Virus record (IMG/VR): IMGVR_UViG_3300005512_004265
Location: 1 to 41,219 of that record
From: a virus
Taxonomy: Duplodnaviria > Caudoviricetes
Length of the DNA: 41,219 nt
Strand: one strand, 5' to 3'
The notes under the pieces were generated by a model. That model searched no databases. It was not told the DNA's origin and worked only from the letters and a program-made list of their open reading frames with translations. The position numbers and the translations under genes are program-made. Below are positions 9,171-16,925 of the stretch, in pieces. Position 1 is the first letter of the stretch, and each line of letters starts with the position of its first letter.

Positions 9171-9605
9171 ATGACAGCATTAGCAGTTCCCGTAAACTCT
9201 AAACCGTTTCTTAAAACGTTAAATGCCCTAGGCGGTCGAGAGGCGGGCGGAGCAATCGACATAATCCAACCGCTTTATCTTGATAGTGTAACTGATCCTT
9301 CAAACCCAGTCGTTAAGGTTGCGACGTCAGACCCAACAGACGCGACACAAAGCGTTGTTATTGGGATATCGGTAACAAAAGCCGAAACCGGGTCGCAAGT
9401 TATTTACAGTTTTACGAATGGCGACATTATTGATTTCGGCGGAACTCTTACAGCGGGCGATAACTTCTGGCTTGATCGTTCGGGGGCAATCACAAATGAC
9501 TATTCGACCGACATTGCTTCCGGCGATTATGTCGTGAAGCTTGGATTTGTGACCGAGGCGGGTGACTGGTGTACCAACATCGTCGACTTACGTGAAACTA
9601 AGTAG
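9171..9605 (+). CDS. Small virion structural protein
   Basis: VIGISVTKAETGSQV...GTLTAGDNFWL...SGDYVVKLG pattern resembles small head-fibre/cement-like proteins. Confidence 0.55.
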   Translation: MTALAVPVNSKPFLKTLNALGGREAGGAIDIIQPLYLDSVTDPSNPVVKVATSDPTDATQSVVIGISVTKAETGSQVIYSFTNGDIIDFGGTLTAGDNFWLDRSGAITNDYSTDIASGDYVVKLGFVTEAGDWCTNIVDLRETK

Positions 9606-9947
9606 GCCAATTCGCGCCTATTCGATTTTACGGATTTGGCCGTGAAATCTAATTGTTTTGGTCGCGTTTCGCTTGTGAAAAGAGACTAAAAACCGGCCTA
9701 AATCCCGGTTTTTTTGACCGTTTTTGGGCCGAAAATCACTAAAACGCCCGGTTTTTTGCTTCTGAAATCCGCGATTTGCACTAGAAACACGCTAAAAAAG
9801 GCCCCCTTTTAGGTACTGATCCCCAAAAATCAGGCTTTATCGCGGTCCCTAGGCCCGCGTCAAATTTGCGCGCGGGGTGTTTTGTTGTGATTCACCACCA
9901 CCACCCATAAAATGCGGGTTTGTCACGCGTTTTTTGAGGTTTTGAAA

Positions 9948-11189
9948 ATGTCGTCATTGTTCCGCCGGGAAAACGGAAAGTTCACGATTCAGGTTTCGCA
10001 CAATCGCCGCCGACATTCGATTCGGTTAAACGTTTCCGGGAAGTCCCAAGCGAAAGAGATACAACGCCACGTCGATCGGATTTGTGATTCAATCGCCGCC
10101 GGAGTCTCGGCCGACGTCGCGTCGTTGGCGTGGGTTTCTAGGCAGTCGCCAGAAATGCGAAACCGGCTTGCAAAAATCGGTCTTATTGATCGGCGTCAAC
10201 TTTTGATCACGGTCGGCGATTTGCTTGATTCGTTGAGGGAATCGAATCAGTCACTAGAACAGAAAACCGCTAGAAATTACGAATGGGCGTTTGTTTATCT
10301 TGAACGCTTCTTCGGTCGCGATGGCCGCTTGGCGTCGATCACGCCGGGCGACGCCGACGATTTCGCTAGGTCGCTACGAAGCCAAGATTCAAAGCGGGGC
10401 GATGGTTCCCGGAAGCTTTCGCCGTCAAGCGTTTCGACGTTGCTTTCGTCGGCGAAGATTGTTTTCAACCGGGCGGTTAAAACAGAATCGATTTTTCGAA
10501 ATCCGTTCGCGGATATTAAAACGCCGACGCCTAGGAACGAAAGCAATTTTTTTTTCGTGGATCGTGAGACGTGCGACGCAGTTTTTGAAAATCTCGACTC
10601 AGGTTTTCCGACGGAACACAAATTGACGTTCGCTTTCGCCCGATGGGGCGGCGTTCGAGCTCCAAGCGAAACCCGTTCGCTCGAATGGGACTATGTCGAT
10701 TTTGATAATCAAAAAATTCGCATTTGGGGGCAAAAGACGAAAAAGTTTCGGTCGATCCCGATTTTCCCGGAAATGGTCGATCCGCTCGAAGCTATGCGGG
10801 CGGAAACTTTCGACCGTCAATTTGTGTTCCCGGCGTCGCGTTCGCACTCAAAGTCGTTTTTCTACGAAGCTTTGTCGGCGGCCATAAAAAAGGCCAGGTT
10901 AAAACCTTGGCCGCGATTGGTGCAGAATCTAAGGGCGACGCGTTCGAACGAAATTGAGCGAGAATTCGGGGCAAAAATCGAAGCGGCTTGGATTGGGCAC
11001 GATTCGAAAATCGCCGCCGAAAATTACTTTTCGGTTTCCGACTCTGATTTTGCGAAAGCGGCGAACCCCGTTTCGAAATTGTCGCAAATCATTTCAGATC
11101 GTTCTGTATTGCGATCAGAGCTTTCGTTATTAACCGACGAAGCCCGCGACATTCTTTTGAACGAATTAAAAGAATTTGTTTTTACTTAA
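9948..11189 (+). CDS. int: Tyrosine recombinase (phage integrase)
   Basis: Arm-binding N-terminus, core-binding region ending RNPF, and catalytic motifs RWGGVRAPSE, KTKKFRSIP, QNLRATR, WIGH...NY. Confidence 0.92.
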   Translation: MSSLFRRENGKFTIQVSHNRRRHSIRLNVSGKSQAKEIQRHVDRICDSIAAGVSADVASLAWVSRQSPEMRNRLAKIGLIDRRQLLITVGDLLDSLRESNQSLEQKTARNYEWAFVYLERFFGRDGRLASITPGDADDFARSLRSQDSKRGDGSRKLSPSSVSTLLSSAKIVFNRAVKTESIFRNPFADIKTPTPRNESNFFFVDRETCDAVFENLDSGFPTEHKLTFAFARWGGVRAPSETRSLEWDYVDFDNQKIRIWGQKTKKFRSIPIFPEMVDPLEAMRAETFDRQFVFPASRSHSKSFFYEALSAAIKKARLKPWPRLVQNLRATRSNEIEREFGAKIEAAWIGHDSKIAAENYFSVSDSDFAKAANPVSKLSQIISDRSVLRSELSLLTDEARDILLNELKEFVFT

Positions 11190-11226
11190 TAAATCTTTTG
11201 ATCTTCTTTTAACTTTTGACCGCCCA

Positions 11227-11277
11227 CCGGGCCAGATCACCCGGCCCGCCGGGCCAGATCACCCGGCCCGCCGGGCC
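11227..11277. repeat. 22-bp tandem repeat CCGGGCCAGATCACCCGGCCCG x2.3
   Basis: Copies at 11227..11248 and 11249..11270, partial at 11271..11277; each unit is self-complementary at its ends. Confidence 0.9.
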
Positions 11278-11331
11278 GGTTACAAAATGCAGGCCCGCGC
11301 GGGCGTCTGTTTCCAACCATCCGGGGCGATC

Positions 11332-11706
11332 CGGTGCAAAATCCGGTGCATTCTGTTTCGATGCGCATTCGGCGCATTTGTGGCCGAAAATGCGCATTGC
11401 ATGCGCAGGACGTCATTTCACACGTAAAAAACCACGTAAAAACAGCAATAAAAAACTTTTGAAAAAAATCGCGTGCGCATAAAACTGGCAAAAAATCGCA
11501 TTTCGACTGATACAAGATCGGGCAAGGGATGGCAAAAACGCCGGGGAAAACGGCAGTTTTGAAAATAAGCGGTGTAAAATCCGGTGCATTTTAGGAACGA
11601 ATGCGCATTTCGGGTTTTCATTTTTTCGAAAATTTCGGGGCGGTTTATCTAATCCGAAAAAACACGGGGCGGATTTGTTTTGGCGTCTGCGCATTGCATG
11701 CGCAGG
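11332..11706. other. Repeat-rich non-coding region, candidate attP with arm-type sites
   Basis: CGGTGYAAAATCCGGTGCATT at 11332 and 11570; TGCGCATTGCATGCGCAGG at 11391 and 11688; directly downstream of int. Confidence 0.5.
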
Positions 11707-11842
11707 CGACTAAACCGCCCGGAAACGTGTGCTACATTCGGCCCCGTCACACGCCGAAACGAGACAACGGCGGGCCGGGCTCGAAAATTCTTCGGGCGTG
11801 TGACAACGACCCGGCCCGCTGATTTTTTTCGGAGTCAAACGA

Positions 11843-12154
11843 ATGGCGATCGCACGGACGACCGACCCGCAAACCAGCCAGCAAGGCGCGAAGGCGATTA
11901 AAAGCTTTCGCCCAAAAATCGCCGACTTGGTTTGTCGCTGGATCAGGATTTACGCCGCCACGGAAGCTGAGGCGGCGACCGCCGAAGAAATCGCCGTCGG
12001 CGCGTGGGAAAAATACGCCGACGGAAAAGGGAAAACCGACAGCTATCGAAAACGCGTGAAAGAATCTTGCGACGCCGGGCGGATAAGGAAATCAGAAACG
12101 ACCCGGCGTTGCAAGATCACCGGCCAAAACGCGTCGATCTACTTTTTTGAATAA
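11843..12154 (+). CDS. Winged-helix DNA-binding protein (ARxTDPxTS family)
   Basis: N-terminal ARTTDPQTS motif, then TAEEIA...RKRVKE...GRI; GGAG RBS. Confidence 0.7.
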   Translation: MAIARTTDPQTSQQGAKAIKSFRPKIADLVCRWIRIYAATEAEAATAEEIAVGAWEKYADGKGKTDSYRKRVKESCDAGRIRKSETTRRCKITGQNASIYFFE

Positions 12155-12162
12155 GGAAAAAA

Positions 12163-12450
12163 ATGCCAACGAAAACACCACATACGTTTGCCGAGGAAAA
12201 ATTGAATCGGCTTGGATTCTCAGTCGTCAACGGTGAAACGCTTTCCTTCGGCAGCTTGCAATTGAAAGTCGAACGCGGCAGTTATGCGGTTTCGGATAAA
12301 ACCGGAAAAGTGATCGGGTTTATCGACGGTGAATTGCCGGTGACGGTCGTAAAAAAAGTGCTTCAATTCTATTTGGCCGGGTTTCAACTCGGCGTTTCGC
12401 ACGGCGAAGACAACGCACGCCGAACCCTTCGCGACTGGCTTAATAAGTAA
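12163..12450 (+). CDS. Hypothetical protein
   Basis: AAGGA RBS; tight operon packing. Confidence 0.65.
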   Translation: MPTKTPHTFAEEKLNRLGFSVVNGETLSFGSLQLKVERGSYAVSDKTGKVIGFIDGELPVTVVKKVLQFYLAGFQLGVSHGEDNARRTLRDWLNK

Positions 12451-12492
12451 CATTTTCAACCGCCGAAATTCGCAAGAAACGGAGTTTAAAAA

Positions 12493-12825
12493 ATGCGAGA
12501 ACACAACCCACATTGGAAGCGAACCAGCGATTACAGGCCGTCAGGAATGACGCAAAAAGAAGTCGCCGAAACGCTTGGAATATCGGTCGACGTCGTGCAA
12601 CACGACGAGGCGTCGGCATTAAGAAAACTATTTCGCGGCGTGATGGCCGACGCTGAAATCGTAGCTTATGCGCAGGAAAATTTATCAATCGAAATCGACG
12701 TCGCCGACCGAATTCGAAACGAATCGCCGCCACGCCCGGCGGACGGTCAGCAACTTGGTTTGGTATTTTCGACAACCCCGGACGGCTTCGCGAACGTCGT
12801 CGAAAGCGACATTTTGCAACGATGA
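12493..12825 (+). CDS. Sigma70 region-4-like HTH protein
   Basis: MTQKEVAETLGISVDVVQHDEASALRKL matches the region 4.2 pattern; GGAG RBS. Confidence 0.75.
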   Translation: MREHNPHWKRTSDYRPSGMTQKEVAETLGISVDVVQHDEASALRKLFRGVMADAEIVAYAQENLSIEIDVADRIRNESPPRPADGQQLGLVFSTTPDGFANVVESDILQR

Positions 12826-13124
12826 TAGAAACGATTAACGAAACCTTGCAAATGATTTCGGCCGCCGATTTGCCAGATTTGAAAATCAGTGAAGGCGGCC
12901 GGGATCGGATCGTAAAACCGGACGATCAAAAGTTGCTTTTATTCCACGCGTTAGCCCACCCGTCGACGCTTAATATTCGCAAATTTTGCGACTTGACCGG
13001 GTTAAACGAACGCTTTTTTAATCGCGTTTCGTCCGCGATCGCCGCCGCTGGATTTTTGAAAATTGAAAAATCCGGACAGCTAAAACTCACAATCTTGACC
13101 GCCGCAATTGAACGAATTGCCTAA
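12822..13124 (+). CDS. Putative winged-helix protein
   Basis: ATGA overlap; NIRKFCDLTGL...AIAAAGFLKI. Confidence 0.55.
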   Translation: MIETINETLQMISAADLPDLKISEGGRDRIVKPDDQKLLLFHALAHPSTLNIRKFCDLTGLNERFFNRVSSAIAAAGFLKIEKSGQLKLTILTAAIERIA

Positions 13125-13128
13125 AACA

Positions 13129-14097
13129 ATGCAAAACGAATTCGCAAAAAAACGTACAGAAAATCACTACAACGAAACCACGATTCGCGGTCGGATCAAC
13201 ATTTCCCGCGACGCCGTGATCGCCGACGTTAAGATCGTCGAAGGCGGCGTCGCCCGCGTCGTCAAACGCGGAACGATTAAAACGGTGCTAAATGCTTTCG
13301 TGCAATACTCAAACGAAAACGGGGATTCGTGGCCGTCAATGGTTCGGATCGCTGGCGATTACGGTATCGCTTTGCGAACCGTTCAACGTGCAATTAAGGC
13401 TTTGCAAAGCCTAGGAATTTTCGAGGTCGTCGGGCGGTTCTATCGCGTCGTCAAATATCAAATTTCGTTTGAGCGGTTGAAGTCGTTGGTTTGCGAAAAC
13501 CGTTTCGCCCGTTTGTTTAGCCGTCCGTCCGCCGCTGAAAAAAAACCGGAGTCGCAACCGCCGCGCGAAGTCAAAACGGTAAAAGCTTGCGACGTTGAAA
13601 CAAAAAAAGCCGCCCCGGAGTTTACGCCGCCGGGCAAAACCGACCCGCGATCCGCGACCGCTCCAATTGCGGCGACGTTTGTCGAGGAATTAAAAGCCGA
13701 AGCAAAAAAAGTAGGCGTCAACAAACCCGCCGCAATTGACGCCGCGTTGGATCGCGGGGCCACGCCGAAAGAGATCGCCGAAACCATTTCCGGTTTCCCG
13801 GCATTCCGCCGGGCGAACCCGAAAGCCAACGCGGGCGCGTTGGTGTATTGGCTCGAAAACGGGCGTTGGCCATTCGAGACAAAAACGACCGCCGCCGCGA
13901 TCGTTAACGACCAAGAATTTCGGACTTATGCGAGTGCCGCGAAAGTTTCGTTAGTGTTCCCAAATGGCGAATTGATTTCGGAAAAGTTTTTGACCGACAA
14001 TTTTTGGCAACATAAAAAACAATTCAGTTTCGACGAATCACGAAAACGTTTCGTCGCCGCTTGCAAGCTTCAAGGGATTAAGAAAGTCACACGATGA
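13129..14097 (+). CDS. Putative replication initiator (HTH_36-like wHTH)
   Basis: SWPSMVRIAGDYGIALRTVQRAIKALQSLG, a Pro/Lys linker, then a helical C-domain. Confidence 0.65.
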   Translation: MQNEFAKKRTENHYNETTIRGRINISRDAVIADVKIVEGGVARVVKRGTIKTVLNAFVQYSNENGDSWPSMVRIAGDYGIALRTVQRAIKALQSLGIFEVVGRFYRVVKYQISFERLKSLVCENRFARLFSRPSAAEKKPESQPPREVKTVKACDVETKKAAPEFTPPGKTDPRSATAPIAATFVEELKAEAKKVGVNKPAAIDAALDRGATPKEIAETISGFPAFRRANPKANAGALVYWLENGRWPFETKTTAAAIVNDQEFRTYASAAKVSLVFPNGELISEKFLTDNFWQHKKQFSFDESRKRFVAACKLQGIKKVTR

Positions 14098-14579
14098 GCC
14101 CACAAAAAAAGATACTCGAAAAGCTACGGACGGCCCAAGCGTTAATCGATCAGGCATTCGAGGAAATCCGACAACTAGAATTCGCTTCGTCGGAGCCGTC
14201 GCCCGCCGACGATCCACGAACGCCAAACGTTAAACCGATGGTCGCTTTTCGAAAAACCGACCCGGCCGAATATGAAAACGAATTTAATGGCATGATCGGC
14301 CGAATCCGAAGGCGGTTTTCTATGCCGGACGGGTCACCGATTCACATCGACTGGTTTGATTTTGTTCGCGACTTGCAAAACGCGGGCAAGACTCCCGACG
14401 AAGCCCGCCAGCAAATCGCCCCGCGTGTAAAGTCTGAATTGATTCAGCGGCCAGAGTTCACGGCCAAAAATTCAGGTGCGGCCCCGGATCGCGGCCAGCC
14501 ACACGGAACACCCGCGACCCCGCCGCCACCACCACCGAAAAAGATTTCACAAAACCAGCTTTTTAACGCCCGCCGATGA
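14094..14579 (+). CDS. Hypothetical protein, Pro-rich C-terminus
   Basis: ATGA overlaps on both sides. Confidence 0.6.
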   Translation: MSPQKKILEKLRTAQALIDQAFEEIRQLEFASSEPSPADDPRTPNVKPMVAFRKTDPAEYENEFNGMIGRIRRRFSMPDGSPIHIDWFDFVRDLQNAGKTPDEARQQIAPRVKSELIQRPEFTAKNSGAAPDRGQPHGTPATPPPPPPKKISQNQLFNARR

Positions 14580-15340
14580 TCGATCGAAAACCGCCGCTTG
14601 GCGTGGTCGTTGACGCGACCAATCAAATCACGGTGAATTACAAAGCCGGAAAAGGCAACGTCGAGACAGCGACGTTTATTCGCCAATTAGAGGCAATCGA
14701 ACGGACATGCAAACCGCAACACTTGATCGCGGCTTTTGATTCGCCCGATTCGTACCGAAAAACGATTTCGCTAGATTACAAAGCGAACCGCCCGCCGAAA
14801 GAATTGAATTTAGTTAAGTCGTTGAAGCTGGCGAAAGATCGCGCTATGGATGCGGGATGGATCATCGCCGAGATTCAGGGATTCGAAGCCGACGACGTTT
14901 TGGCCAGTTTCGCAAAAACGCTTTCGGATCGCGGCGACCGCGTGTTGCTAGTTTCACGCGATAAAGATTTAAACCAATGCTTACGGGCGGGGCTTGTCAC
15001 GATTTGCAAAAAAGTCACGTCGGCCGACGGCCCGGTCGATTTTTTAACCGCGTCGGATTGCCAAGAAAAATTTGGCGTCGATCCTGATCAATGGATCGGC
15101 TATCAAACGCTAATCGGCGACGCTGGCGATAATATCAAAGGCGTCGACGGGATCGGGCCCAAGACCGCCGCGAAGTTAATTCGCGCCGCGGGCGACGTCG
15201 AAAAAGTTTTTCGAATGCCAGAGATAAGCGGATCGCAAAAATTGACGGCCAGCATCAAGCGTTTTGTTTCGCGATCCGAAACGGTTCGCCAGTTGGTCAC
15301 GCTTCGCGACGATTTGCCGGTCGCTGATTATTTAAGATAA
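14576..15340 (+). CDS. 5'-3' exonuclease/flap endonuclease (Pol I N-terminal/T4 RNase H family)
   Basis: AFDS, YKANR, EADDV, DKDL, GDAGDNIKGVDGIGPKTA (H3TH). Confidence 0.92.
   Translation: MIDRKPPLGVVVDATNQITVNYKAGKGNVETATFIRQLEAIERTCKPQHLIAAFDSPDSYRKTISLDYKANRPPKELNLVKSLKLAKDRAMDAGWIIAEIQGFEADDVLASFAKTLSDRGDRVLLVSRDKDLNQCLRAGLVTICKKVTSADGPVDFLTASDCQEKFGVDPDQWIGYQTLIGDAGDNIKGVDGIGPKTAAKLIRAAGDVEKVFRMPEISGSQKLTASIKRFVSRSETVRQLVTLRDDLPVADYLR
15264..15329. repeat. 66-bp direct repeat, copy 1 (3' end of the exonuclease gene)
   Basis: 65/66 identical to 15990..16055. Confidence 0.95.
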
Positions 15341-15425
15341 CGATCAAGGTAACCGGGTTGCCGGGGAAGACTATGAATACAAAGACCGACGTAGACGGCA
15401 ACTCCGGTTCACCGCCTTGTTATCC
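15335..15425 (-). other. Integron attC site (91 bp, minus strand)
   Basis: Minus strand reads R'' GGATAAC, 5 nt, L'' GGTGAACC, GGAGTTGCCG...loop...CGGCAACC, L' GGTTACC, 6 nt, R' GTTATCT. Two extrahelical bases (15410 and 15403) lie on the R''-L'' arm. Confidence 0.85.
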
Positions 15426-15924
15426 GGCTGTTCTCGATCCGTGTTGCGGTACGCGAATGTTTTGGTTTGACCGAACAGACGAGCGAGCAGTGTACAACGA
15501 CATTCGGAAAGGCGTGCGGGTGATTGATGTTGGCACGCCCGGAACAAAGGGGCGAAAGCCAAAGGTTGTGGCCCCGGATGAAATCGCGGATTTCCGCCAG
15601 ATGGCTTACCCGGATGAGACGTTCTGGCATGTGGTGTTTGACCCGCCACACTTCCACAAGGGAGCAGGAGCGACTGGTCGAATCGCGTTTGACTTCGGTT
15701 TGCTTGCGGATACGTGGCGGGATGATTTGCGGGCCGGGTTTGCGGAGTGTTTCCGCGTATTGAAGCCACACGGGACGTTGATTTTCAAGTGGTGTGAAGC
15801 CGAGATACCGTTGCGGGAAGTGTTGGCGCTGACGGAAGAAAAACCGCTGTACGGGCACCGGAGCGGGAAGAAGGCACAGACGCATTGGGGGTGTTTCATG
15901 AAGTCGCCAGCGGGTGGCGGATAA
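15373..15924 (+). CDS. SAM-dependent DNA methyltransferase (DPPH-type phage family), carried as a gene cassette
   Basis: VLDPCCG.RMFWFD (motif I), VVFDPPH (motif IV variant), GFAECFRVLKPHGTLIFKW, THWGCFMK. Confidence 0.88.
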   Translation: MNTKTDVDGNSGSPPCYPAVLDPCCGTRMFWFDRTDERAVYNDIRKGVRVIDVGTPGTKGRKPKVVAPDEIADFRQMAYPDETFWHVVFDPPHFHKGAGATGRIAFDFGLLADTWRDDLRAGFAECFRVLKPHGTLIFKWCEAEIPLREVLALTEEKPLYGHRSGKKAQTHWGCFMKSPAGGG

Positions 15925-15942
15925 CTTGTTTTTATCCGGTCT
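15919..15942 (-). other. attI-like (also dif-like) recombination site
   Basis: Minus strand AGACCGGATAA-AAACAAG/TTATCC has the same TAA-N7-TT geometry as the attI1 core CCCTAA-AACAAAG/TT. Confidence 0.65.
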
Positions 15943-15989
15943 AGCTAACCGGGCAAGCACTTATTTTTTTAATTACCCGGTTCGGGGCG

Positions 15990-16066
15990 TTGTTTCGCGA
16001 TCCGAAACGGTTCGCCAGTTGGTCACGCTTCGCGACGACTTGCCGGTCGCTGATTTTCTCAGGTGA
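15990..16066 (+). repeat. 66-bp direct repeat, copy 2, with an alternative exonuclease C-terminus (..ADFLR*)
   Basis: Matches 15264..15329, then continues TTT CTC AGG TGA, versus TAT TTA AGA TAA in copy 1. Confidence 0.9.
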
Positions 16067-16078
16067 TCGCCGCCGGTT

Positions 16079-16095
16079 TTTACAGAATCTGTAAA
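16079..16095. promoter_or_regulatory. 17-bp palindrome TTTACAGAATCTGTAAA, copy 1 (before the lysis-like block)
   Basis: Exact copies at 16079, 24195 and 30389; -10-like GATAAT at 16133. Confidence 0.7.
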
Positions 16096-16150
16096 GCTTT
16101 TTTTGCCCGCCGCCCAAGGCCCGCCGCCCCGCGATAATATGAAAACGAAT

Positions 16151-16185
16151 AAAGCCCGCCGACGCGGACACGTCGCCGGGCTTTT
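16151..16185 (+). terminator. Putative intrinsic terminator/attenuator
   Basis: AAAGCCCG-c-CGACG loop CGTCG-c-CGGGCTTTT. Confidence 0.55.
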
Positions 16186-16218
16186 AAAAGTTTTGCCTAT
16201 CACTTTATTCGAAAAACG

Positions 16219-16794
16219 ATGAAAAAACCGGACGCTTTAAAAATGGAATTGGCAAAAATTTTTCTTACTTGGTTGCTGGCATGTATTTCTAAACGGTATG
16301 CCGCCCAGAAACGATCGGAAAGGCTGATTCGAGACAAACACCGGCAATATCAAATTATGAATGATTTAGGCAGGAAAACGCACGCTCTGCGCGTGATTAT
16401 CTTACGAACGGAAAACAACGGGGGAACGTTGCGAACCGATACCCCGTTATTCGTGCGGGCGTTAGACGAGGTGAATTTAGACGACGAAGCCCCGAACCGT
16501 TTCGACACGTGGGGAATTCCACGCCAAATCGACGCGTCTTATGTCGACATGCTTTGGCAGGTTTGCGAATCGCCCGATTTTGCGATCGTAAAAACAAACA
16601 AGCTTAAAAAAGGCGTGCTACGATCCGTTTACGAGGCGGACAAAGTGGCGTTTTCCGCGATCGGAAAGTTAAAACACACGGCCCACCACATCTATTATTT
16701 ATCGATCAACTACGCCGACGGAAACACGCTTGCCGATAGCGAACGAATGTTAATTTTAGATTCAATCGCGTTGTTGAAGGACTTGCTCAAATAA
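16219..16794 (+). CDS. Putative holin-like protein (short N-terminal hydrophobic stretch plus GAF-like domain)
   Basis: KIFLTWLLACIS followed by ALRVIILRTENNGG, reminiscent of T4 gpT-like holins; first gene of the block. Inferred. Confidence 0.4.
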   Translation: MKKPDALKMELAKIFLTWLLACISKRYAAQKRSERLIRDKHRQYQIMNDLGRKTHALRVIILRTENNGGTLRTDTPLFVRALDEVNLDDEAPNRFDTWGIPRQIDASYVDMLWQVCESPDFAIVKTNKLKKGVLRSVYEADKVAFSAIGKLKHTAHHIYYLSINYADGNTLADSERMLILDSIALLKDLLK

Positions 16795-16925
16795 TCATTC
16801 GTCAACAATAAAACCAAGACGGGAAACAAAAAAAACAAAAAAAACTTTTTTGCCCGCGTCGCCGCCGGGAATCGTGCAAAATCCGGAAAGTTAAGTTTTC
16901 AACATTTCTTCCCGGAGCCAAAACA

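Noticed and set aside
9790-9880. Possible cos/packaging or att site upstream of int
   Set aside because: Only weak dyads and T-tracts; no duplicated core or other evidence to place an end here.
9948-11189. Integron integrase (IntI) serving the attC cassette
   Set aside because: Has an arm-binding N-terminus and QNLRATR/WIGH motifs of phage-type integrases, no recognisable IntI-specific insertion, and lies 4 kb from the att sites. An HMM search would settle it.
11176-11901. Short overlapping ORFs after the integrase
   Set aside because: They are translations of GC-rich repeats with no RBS or protein-like composition; treated as non-coding.
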